A DNA stretch of 64,000 nucleotides. Origin: Sporopachydermia quercuum. Its lineage: Eukaryota. The stretch's first letter is position 1. Each line of letters starts with the position of its first letter. This document shows positions 55,124-64,000 of this stretch, piece by piece. The notes under the pieces are model-generated. The model saw only the letters and a list, made by a program, of their open reading frames with translations, did not search any database and was not told where the DNA came from. Made by a program: the position numbers and the translations under genes. The stretch is from positions 1,054,001 through 1,118,000 of the forward strand of contig BCGN01000003.1 of NCBI GenBank assembly GCA_001599295.1, given 5' to 3'.

Positions 55124-56896
55124 ATGCCTATGCTAGAAAACCCATCAATAAAGTACAAGAGGTTTGAACCTCTAAATATACCCAACAGACAGTGGCCTAA
55201 TAAAACCATCGACAAGGCACCTCGTTGGCTATCAACCGATTTGAGAGATGGAAACCAATCACTTCCTGATCCTATGTCAGTATCTGAAAAGAAGGAATAT
55301 TTCAAGAAGTTGGTTGAGATCGGGTACAAGGAGATCGAAGTAGCATTCCCATCTGCATCACAAATTGATTTTGATTTCACCCGGTTTGCTGTTGAAACTG
55401 CTCCTGACGATGTCTGGATTCAGGTCTTATCTCCATGTCGTGAAGAATTAATCAAAAGAACAGTTGAATCTCTGAAAGGTGCTAAGAAAGCTATTGTTCA
55501 TATCTATTTAGCTACTTCTGATTGTTTTAGAAATGTGATTTTTGGAATGTCTCAAGAAGAAACCTTGGCTTTAGCTGAGAAATGTACTAAGTTGGTGCGC
55601 TCTTTAACTAAAGACGATCCATCTACTAAAGGTACTGAATGGGCGTTTGAGTTCTCACCAGAAACTTTTAGTGATACTCAGCCTGATTTTGCATTGAAGG
55701 TTTGCGAAGCTGTCAAAGCTGCTTGGCAACCTACTGAGGAAAATCCTATTATTTTCAACTTACCTGCCACAGTTGAGATGTCAACTCCTAATGTTTATGC
55801 TGATCAAATCGAGTACTTCTCAACTCATATTAGCGAAAGAAAAAAAGTTTGCATCTCTTTACACCCTCATAACGATCGTGGTTGTGCCGTTGCTGCAGCT
55901 GAACTGGCCCAAATGGCTGGCGCCAACAGAGTCGAAGGATGTTTATTTGGCAACGGTGAGAGAACCGGTAATGTTGATTTGGTCACTTTGGCTCTCAACT
56001 TGTATACCCAAGGTATTTCACCAAAGATTGATTTCTCAGACATTTTATCTGTCATTGATGTGGTTGAGAAATGCAACAAGATTCCTGTTCATCCAAGAGC
56101 TCCATATGGTGGTCAACTGGTTGTATCAGCTTTCTCTGGCTCCCATCAAGATGCCATCAAGAAAGGTTTTGCTATTCACGAAAAGAAGAAGGCAGCCGAA
56201 AAGAATACAATCTGGCAATTACCTTACTTACCTCTTGATCCTCAAGATATTGGAAGAACATATGAAGCTATCATAAGGGTCAACTCTCAATCTGGCAAAG
56301 GTGGTTCTTCATGGGTTATTCTACGGGGATTGGAATTGGATTTACCAAGAGGTTTACAAGTTGCATTCTCAAAGGTTGTCCAAGATTCCGCTGAAGTTTT
56401 AGGAAGAGAATTAAGATCAGAAGAATTGATCAACCTGTTTAAGAAGGAGTATTTATTGAATGAACAAGAACAATTATACAAGTTTGTGGAATACGATTTG
56501 ATCAGAGATCCTGTTACTAATGCTAGAAAGCTTTCCGCTATTTTAAGATTCAAGGGTGAAGAGTTTATTATTGAAGGTCTTGGTAATGGTCCTATCTCTG
56601 CTTTCACTGATGCTTTGAAGAAGAAGTTTGGCTTTGATATGACTGTCAAGAGTTATCATGAACATTCTCTTGGTGTTGAATCAGATGCTCAAGCTGCCAC
56701 TTATATTGAAGTGAAGTATGACGATGATGGAAAGGATGCTTTCAGATGGGGTGTTGGTATTCACGAAGATGTTTCCCAAGCTTCTCTCTTGGCTCTTCTT
56801 TCTATCATCAATGCTATTGAAAAGAAGAAGAAGGGTGTTAATGGTTATATTGTGAATCACAATAAGTCAAGAAGTGCTACCCCAGAACCAAAATAA
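55124..56896 (+). CDS. LEU4: 2-isopropylmalate synthase
   Basis: PRWLSTDLRDGNQ, HPHNDRG, GNGERTGNVDL, VNSQSGKGG, GNGPIS regulatory domain. Confidence 0.96.
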   Translation: MPMLENPSIKYKRFEPLNIPNRQWPNKTIDKAPRWLSTDLRDGNQSLPDPMSVSEKKEYFKKLVEIGYKEIEVAFPSASQIDFDFTRFAVETAPDDVWIQVLSPCREELIKRTVESLKGAKKAIVHIYLATSDCFRNVIFGMSQEETLALAEKCTKLVRSLTKDDPSTKGTEWAFEFSPETFSDTQPDFALKVCEAVKAAWQPTEENPIIFNLPATVEMSTPNVYADQIEYFSTHISERKKVCISLHPHNDRGCAVAAAELAQMAGANRVEGCLFGNGERTGNVDLVTLALNLYTQGISPKIDFSDILSVIDVVEKCNKIPVHPRAPYGGQLVVSAFSGSHQDAIKKGFAIHEKKKAAEKNTIWQLPYLPLDPQDIGRTYEAIIRVNSQSGKGGSSWVILRGLELDLPRGLQVAFSKVVQDSAEVLGRELRSEELINLFKKEYLLNEQEQLYKFVEYDLIRDPVTNARKLSAILRFKGEEFIIEGLGNGPISAFTDALKKKFGFDMTVKSYHEHSLGVESDAQAATYIEVKYDDDGKDAFRWGVGIHEDVSQASLLALLSIINAIEKKKKGVNGYIVNHNKSRSATPEPK

Positions 56897-57244
56897 GATG
56901 GCTCATTTGAAGAAAATGGAAAATTAAATTCATTCTTCATTTTAGGGTTGGAAGTAAATAGTTAGGTATAAATAAATGTATACGATGTGTGAAATTCAAT
57001 CTACAATTGGAGAGTTAGTTGTACATCGTAGAAGATTTCAGAGTAATTAGTGACCAACTATCCAGACATATTTCCGCTACATAAATTGTACAATCATTTG
57101 ATACGAATTGAATAGGATTATTGATATTACAATTGTTTATTGACTTATTCTTTTGCTGTCTTCTTCCTCTTCTTCCGCCTCCGCTGTTTGATTGAACACA
57201 GCTAAACAGAAAACCGATTCTTCTTTCAAATAAGATCTTGCTTT

Positions 57245-58160
57245 TTAATTGGCTTTCTTCGTCTTCTTGACAGCTCTCTTGTGTTGTTCAGGAATCCAAT
57301 CATCTAGATTCTTAGTACCTGTACTAACGGCCTTAGCTTTTTGAGTTTCAACCTTTGCGGTTTTCCCCTTGGGTTTGGATGAAAAGTATTTACCAATATA
57401 ATCAACACCAATAATAGTGTAGATAAACCATCCGATAGNACCTAGNGTACCTAGTAAGACGAGTTGAAGGAACAAACTAGATTGTTAGTACAAGAAAAAT
57501 CTTACAACTGCTATCAAGCATACATATGTATCCAAAACATAAAACATCATCTTCTACTTACAATCTGGGGTCAAATAGTGAAACTCTCTTATCATCAGCT
57601 TCAATCAACAAAGGCTGAGTAGTGATTGGTAAAATCTTCTCATCCTACACCAAACAGTTAGTACGTATATTCATAATGTTTCGACCAAGAGTTTATAGTG
57701 ACCGGATCACTTCTCAATGATAGTAAATGCTGTAACATACACCTTGGGCAATAAATAAAGGATTGAAATTGTATCTCTTAGGAGGCAAGTTGATGTTAAG
57801 AACTTGATCATAAGAAAAGCTTTCACTAGGACCAATTAGGAATGGTCCAACTTGAATCATAGATAAATTAGCAACAATAACATCGCTCTTTTCAACATCA
57901 TTGAAATTTCCGGTAAATCCCAAAATTGAAACAGGAAATTCCTCGTTGTTCGAGAAATAGAAAGTTACCAGTGAATCCTCATTATTGAAAATATAAGCAG
58001 CTCCATCAACATCTTGGGCATCCTTGAACGTAGCTGTTAATTCAACTGCTGCAAGTTCAATAGGTGGGGCATTGAAATTTTCCGCTTCTTCCTCTTGAGC
58101 AGAAACTGCCAAAGGTGCCAATGCCAAGGCTGCAAATCTCAATAAGCTGCTAAATCTCAT
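57245..58160 (-). CDS. IRC22: Irc22 / TRAP-alpha-like type I ER membrane protein, 3 exons, about 244 aa
   Basis: Exons 58160-57741, 57644-57562, 57476-57245; both introns have TACTAAC and TAG. Signal peptide, lumenal domain, SLFDPRFLFLQLVL TM segment, DDWIPEQH tail. Confidence 0.85.
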
Positions 58161-58742
58161 TCTTTATATTCTGTATTTTTTATATGAATGATATCAATCT
58201 TATGTTATCGTTATCCTGATCTCTTCAATCTACTGCTTTATAATCCAAGACAGTTGGCTTATATTTTTCTACTACTGTATCAATGTAAATCAGATTACAA
58301 CCGTTATGAAAACAGTAAACCTCATTCACCAATTGTATCCACTGCATCTTTCAAAACATAGATAAGAACCGAACTCTGCAATACACAATGAGCAATTGAT
58401 TTTTCAATGCTGATGATTCTCAAATGATTGAGTTTATGTGGCAGGTAGAGTTGATCATAATTTGTTACCCGGATGATGTCATAAACTCCAGCATAAGGTC
58501 TCACTTCAGAAGATTTGCCGAGTTCCACTGCCTGTTTATAGACACTCTTCTTGCAGGAAAATTTATGATGATTTTTTGCTAACGATGGTATATACTATTA
58601 GTACGGTAAAGTAAATTAATTATTTGTGGACTGCTGATGAATTGTGTGCAGAATCATTTATCAGCCAAAAGTGTCAGTGATTTTGCTCAACTCAGATTTT
58701 CTTTGCGGGAAAATTGTATAAATCTCAGAGAAGTCGATCGTC

Positions 58743-59152
58743 ATGGTTTCAGTGAATGTTTTGGTAGAGTTCTTGTAAGTATCATGATACGATCAGAGTA
58801 TCAATTGAAGTTTGCCTAGTATTCTGATATTTCATAAGGTAACTTCATTAGGTCACTAACATTGACAATGTATAGAGGTGGACTTGAAACCATCTTTGAT
58901 AATCAGAAAACATTGGATATAACATTATCTTCAGGTGAACCTGAAATCACAGTGTCCAAACTACTTCGTCATTTATCGGACGATTATATCAAAAATGAGA
59001 ATGATAAAGAAGTGTTTTTACAGGATGGCACTATCCGCCCCGGCATTCTTGTTTTGATTAANGATACAGATTGGGAATTAGAAGGTGAAGATTCATATGT
59101 GTTACAGAATAGAGACGTCATCATGTTCACATCAACACTTCATGGAGGTTAG
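58743..59152 (+). CDS. URM1: Ubiquitin-related modifier / sulfur carrier Urm1, 2 exons, 102 aa
   Basis: Exon 1 58743-58774. Intron 58775-58875 (GTAAGT / CACTAAC / TAG). Product VEFLGGLE...RPGILVLI.DTDWELEG...STLHGG*. Confidence 0.96.
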
Positions 59153-59226
59153 ATGATGCATAGTAAATATAAAGAGAAAATTGCGAATATCTTACATTTA
59201 GCAGCCATAAACCTTTGTTGCAAGAT

Positions 59227-60268
59227 TTATAGTTTATGAACTTGGAATCCCAAAATTCCCTGTCCGTTCCAATTCCTATGAGGGGTGACATGAAACTTCT
59301 TTCGAATCGTTGAATCGTCTTGCTTCCGTTGAACNAATACTTCAATTGGGTTCTATCACAGATGATGTTAGTAATGGCACATAAAAAATATCATTATGTT
59401 GAATGCGATTAACAGGATTTTTGTTGAGTGATGTTGGAAAACTTACCCCTTCATTTGATTTTGCAGTAGATGCCAGTAAGGACAAGTTTTCGTGATTAGC
59501 AGCATTAACACTACCGAATTTGAGTAACAAATCTTCAGCCTGCAATCCCTACTACTCAGTTAGCTTATGTTTCAAGAAAACTATCAAAGCTCAAAGAAAG
59601 TATCAATAATACTTACTGCTTCATATGCTGGACCACCTTCAACGACCAAGGATATTCTTGCAAATGGTATATACTGATCAATCTGAAACGTTGTAATTTC
59701 GTCCGTTATTCGTTGTACACTATCATTAGACTCTAATCTTCCAAAATGCTGCTGCAGTTGAGTTGTCAAAGCTCCCATCACATCTTTCAGATCGTTNCTC
59801 TTTCTTATTATGCTTGTTCTAACAGTAGTAACTTGACAATTCGACATTAGAATTCATGCTACACTACGTAAACCAATTTCTTCAAATAGTGAATCAAATA
59901 ACACGTACTCTGAGCAACATCGATATCCGATCTTGGAAATCCATCTGGTGTTATCAGTTTAGTTTCCATTGTGCATTTATGCTATATCGTGTTAGTAACG
60001 ATCTCTTTAAATTTTTGGTTTTTTTGACAGACAGTTCCAATATCTGTTCATTTATTTCCCCAAAACAATATAATTCACAGTTCTAACTTTTCCTCTAAAT
60101 AAGAATCTTCAATCTCTAACTTACACTTTCCAACACTGTGATCAGCGACTCTAGTTCTTGCTCTAGGTCATCTTTTCTATTCATCAAAACTCTTAAATCG
60201 CCATTCACATCAACTGGCTTACTATCTTTGATCTCATGGCCCAATGAGATGAAATCATGAGTGGTCAT
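59227..60268 (-). CDS. NAS2: Proteasome base assembly chaperone Nas2/p27 (PDZ), 5 exons, 219 aa
   Basis: Exons 60268-60125, 59981-59909, 59831-59617, 59548-59447, 59352-59227 total 660 nt. Motifs DGFPRSDIDV, PFA...GGPAYEAGLQ..D..LKFG, WNGQGILG. Confidence 0.92.
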
Positions 60269-60839
60269 TTTGAATATCAAATACCAGGTCGCACTTAACA
60301 CAAAGCTATCCTAAGGAACTTCAAAATAAGCTACTCTTTAATACCTTCTTCTCTTCTGAAAACGAATCTCATAAGAAGACAGGCTCATAAACAAACATCA
60401 TCTGGGGCAAATTAGTACATATATATCATATAAAGAGTACTTTTCTACTAAGGTACAATTGCCGTACTAAAACTCAATAGCTCACATCAAATCTCAGTTC
60501 ATAAAACTCAATTTGGATTACGTCATTGTTTAATTGATTTTTTTCTCTTCTCATACCTGGAAGATTATGTCATCTTAAAACCGTAAAGTAAAATATTTTG
60601 ATTGCTAAATGATGTCTTTTACCTTTTACTGAGTGGAAAAAAAGATAACAAACAGTATTCAAAAGGTATTCATTATTGATTTTTGAGCAGGATGCCCTTT
60701 TTCTTTTACTGGATAACGTATCGTTAAAAGTATTTTGATAGTTGTTTCCATTNAATATAACGCAATTAGCGAACAAGAATATTCGTCTTTTGACGGCAAC
60801 CGTGTCTGGATTTAGTACTATCAGTACTCATTAATCAAG

Positions 60840-62331
60840 ATGGCTGATTTTGATAGAGAGGCTGATGGTAAGTAACGAAGAACTTTATGGAATGCTGTGA
60901 AACTGATGCTTTATATAGCAGATAAATGTCTATTGATAATTCTATTTACTAACATATATATCAGCTGAATTGGAGTTCACTACCTCTAAAAGTGTTGAAG
61001 TGTATGTTAATTTTGGTCAAACCGTTTCATAGGTTGTAGCACACCTATTCTCAAATATGGACGGACATAATTTCAATTCTGGACAAATTACTAACATTAT
61101 TGTAGAATTCCTAGCTGTAAGTACAAATGATTACAATGAAACAGAAATAACAAGTATCTATTTCTCAAACTAGATTCTACAAACTCTCAGACATTAACAA
61201 CTCATTCATGTAGTTGAGGCTATGAACCTTAAAGATGATCTACTCAAAGGCATATACGCTTATGGATTTGAAGCTCCTTCAGCTATTCAATCCAGAGCAA
61301 TTACTCAGATCATTTCAGGAAGAGATACAATTGCACAGGCCCAATCAGGTACAGGTAAAACAGCTACTTTTTCAATTGGGATGTTAGAAGTCATTGATAC
61401 CAAGCTAAGAGATACCCAAGCTTTAATTCTTAGTCCAACTCGTGAATTAGCCGTTCAAATTCAAAACGTTGTTATGGCTTTAGGTGATTATATGAACGTG
61501 CAATGTCATGCATGTATAGGTGGCACAAGTGTTGGTGACGATATCAGAAAACTAGAGCATGGACAGCACGTTGTCAGTGGCACACCAGGAAGAGTAGCCG
61601 ATATGATTAGGAGGCGACATTTGAAGACTCGTCACATATCAATGTTGATTCTTGACGAGGCTGATGAACTACTATCAAAAGGTTTCCAAGAACAAATTTA
61701 TGAGGTTTATAGATTTCTTCCTCCAGGTACACAGGTAGTTGTTGTATCCGCCACTTTGCCAAGAGATGTATTGGATCTAACAACGAAATTCATGACCGAC
61801 CCGGTGAGGATTTTAGTGAAACGTGATGAATTATCACTAGAAAGACTGCTTCAATATTTTATTGCTGTGGAAGAAGAAGATTGGAAGTTTGATACTTTGT
61901 GCGATTTATACGATTCATTAACTGTTACTCAAGCAGTGATATTCTGTAATACCAAAAAGAAAGTTGAATGGCTAGCAGAAAAGATGAAAGAAGCTAACTT
62001 TACTGTTGTATATATGCACGGTGATATGTCTCAAGGAGAAAGAGATAAGATCATGAAGGATTTCCGTCAAGGGAATTCCAGAGTGCTTATATCAACTGAT
62101 GTTTGGGCTAGAGGTATTGATGTTCAACAAGTTTCGTTAGTTATTAACTATGATCTACCATCGAATCGTGAAAATTATATTCATCGCATTGGAAGAAGTG
62201 GTCGTTTTGGTAGAAAAGGTGTGGCCATTAATTTTGTTACTAATGAAGAGGTACCTCTACTGCATGATATCGAGCAGTATTATAGTATTCAGATCAGTGA
62301 AATGCCAATGAATATCAATGAACTAACATAA
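60840..62331 (+). CDS. FAL1: DEAD-box helicase Fal1/eIF4AIII, 4 exons, 397 aa
   Basis: Exons 60840-60867, 60965-61001, 61106-61116, 61214-62331 give [32 protein letters not shown]... Motifs [22 protein letters not shown] (eIF4AIII-type), HRIGRSGR. Confidence 0.95.
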
Positions 62332-62517
62332 GACTGTTATAATTACCATGCTCCTTCATGTATATGTGTGCATGGCTGTATGATTATGTTTAATTTGTTA
62401 TATACTGTCACACACTTACAGTGATAACTGTGTTGTATAATATCAATTATGATTGACAGAGACTTTCAAGCACTCCTCTGTTGCAAACAAATATGAATCG
62501 TATGTCTAATACGTAGT

Positions 62518-63306
62518 TCACTCAATCTTCTCAGAATCCTCAATTTTGGGCTCCAATGTTTGTTTCAATTGGTTGGACCTTAGTTTGAATATTTCCCCTA
62601 GTTTAGATACATACAATAAATCATCTTTGATACTACTAGCTCCTAAAATTGCATCTGGATTAAGTGTATCACTATGTAATGATGACCTAGTACCTTCTAT
62701 TGTAATAAATGTTGTATCAGAATCTGGTGAGATAGAAAATCTATCAAAAGTATCACTGCTCTCTTTATCAACAGGTTGTGTTTTGGTTACTTTTGTCACT
62801 TGCCAGATATCAGACAAACACTGTACTTGTTTGATTGAATGTCCATCTTCCTTAAAATCTATGACAATCACGTCTTTACTTGTAGACTCTTCCGTTATTC
62901 GTTCTTCTGTATCTTCTATGTCATCAGAGAAAACATACTTGATGGATGGATAGAATACAGTAGGATGTTTCAAGATGTTGTCATATGATTGGTTTGCAGT
63001 TCCACTACTATCCTTTGGATTTCTCAAAGTTGAATGGATATTCTCTGTACTATTGAAATAAGTATAACCATTGTTGCTAGAATTACTGGCAATTCCAGTG
63101 CTATTGTTTAACAGGTTAGCCATCTCAACATCAACTGATCTCAAATCCAGAGTGAGAACTTCTTTCTGTAGAAGCAGCTCATTTTCTAGTTCTAACCTTT
63201 TCAGTACTGATCGTCCTCNGTCTACAACAGATTTATCATGAATTGTAACAAAGAAAGGTAAGCTTGATGTTGCCCATGATGGGGAAGTTCTGGATTTTCT
63301 TGACAT
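62518..63306 (-). CDS. ATG31: Autophagy scaffold subunit Atg31-like
   Basis: VTIHDK...FYPSIKYVFSDD...DVIVIDF...VQCLSD...RSNQLK follows the motif order recalled for Atg31. Confidence 0.65.
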   Translation of the reverse strand: MSRKSRTSPSWATSSLPFFVTIHDKSVVDXGRSVLKRLELENELLLQKEVLTLDLRSVDVEMANLLNNSTGIASNSSNNGYTYFNSTENIHSTLRNPKDSSGTANQSYDNILKHPTVFYPSIKYVFSDDIEDTEERITEESTSKDVIVIDFKEDGHSIKQVQCLSDIWQVTKVTKTQPVDKESSDTFDRFSISPDSDTTFITIEGTRSSLHSDTLNPDAILGASSIKDDLLYVSKLGEIFKLRSNQLKQTLEPKIEDSEKIE

Positions 63307-63898
63307 TGTTACTTTGGTTTTGAAATATTATCACATCAGCTGCCTACTAGTTTCAATACTAACTGATATCAAGCAACCACAAGAGAAACCGTTCATATCA
63401 TTTTGTCCATCTCCCGCACTATTCCATTTATTATAGTACATTTGAACAGACAAACAAGCAGTTTTCTTTCCTTTTCTCTTCCCTATAATATCATCATTCT
63501 TTGTTCAATACATCACGTAACCCTTTACGCTGGAAGAGTAAAGAGGACAATTATCAATTTATTCGCTTTATCTAACTCACGTTACTCTTAACTTCTCACT
63601 GATAACATCATCATTAAAGCTCACATCAGCTCTCACTTCACAAGTATCTTCAGATCTTCCTAAATAGATTCACCACCAATTATCAATCAATGATAACTTA
63701 CCCGGACATTTTAAACAGTGAGGGTGATTCACAAGAGCGAAATACAGGTTTTCCAGTGACAGCAAAATTGACTATACGTGAGGATTTTTTTCAGCCTTGA
63801 GAAAGTACAAGGTAGAGTAAATGGTGGAGTATAAAGTTATTGGACGCAATAGCTGTAGATTCAGTTATTATATTTCTTGAATGAGCAGCTAGTACGAA

Positions 63899-64000
63899 AT
63901 GTTGGATATCTATCAATTTATTGAAGAGAAGGGAGGAAACCCTGAAGCAATCAAGGCTTCTCAACGAGCCAGAGGTGCACGAGTCGAATTAGTCGATGAA
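63899..64000 (+). CDS. SES1: Cytosolic seryl-tRNA synthetase, 5' end (runs off the right edge)
   Basis: MLDIYQFIEEKGGNPEAIKASQRARGARVELVDE matches the Ses1 N-terminus; absent from the ORF track. Confidence 0.92.
   Translation, partial: MLDIYQFIEEKGGNPEAIKASQRARGARVELVDE

Noticed and set aside
29873..56896. Alternative CUG code (CUG-Ser or CUG-Ala yeast)
   Set aside because: CTG occupies conserved Leu positions, e.g. Dph6 HE-CTG-IAL and Leu4 VES-CTG-KGA and AE-CTG-AQ, which is consistent with the standard code.
59227..59238. Nas2 C-terminal HKL as a peroxisomal PTS1
   Set aside because: Weak variant at the normal end of a cytosolic/nuclear chaperone; likely coincidence.
4151..62953. Many antisense or nested ORFs (e.g. 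6174-6587, 22423-23193, 22851-23480, 49539-50027, 52901-53365, 55773-56276)
   Set aside because: Shadows of real genes, produced by codon bias or low-complexity sequence.

Overview
Nuclear DNA from an intron-rich budding yeast (Saccharomycotina). It uses the standard code: CTG sits at conserved Leu positions. Scattered single-N bases occur throughout. I find about 27 protein-coding genes. Many are split by spliceosomal introns that the ORF track misses; I reconstructed SEC53 exon 1, RPL10, NUP2, RPS25, RPL6, SEC1, TGL2, a PPIL4/Rct1 cyclophilin-RRM gene, IRC22, URM1, NAS2 and FAL1 by hand from GT donors, branch points and AG acceptors with matching phases. Main non-coding content: (1) a non-coding host transcript at about 26.1-27.1 kb with three introns, each holding one C/D box snoRNA (snR57, snR55, snR61), separated by tiny exons, one only 5 nt; the snR61 copy has a second intact 14-nt 18S guide resembling vertebrate SNORD45; (2) an intron-containing tRNA-Asp(GTC). 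Also present: a decayed sugar-porter pseudogene, an orphan Q/N-rich ORF and a pheromone-response-element cluster upstream of a FIG1-like gene. No mobile element or CRISPR was seen. All orthology calls come from recalled sequence motifs, not database searches.
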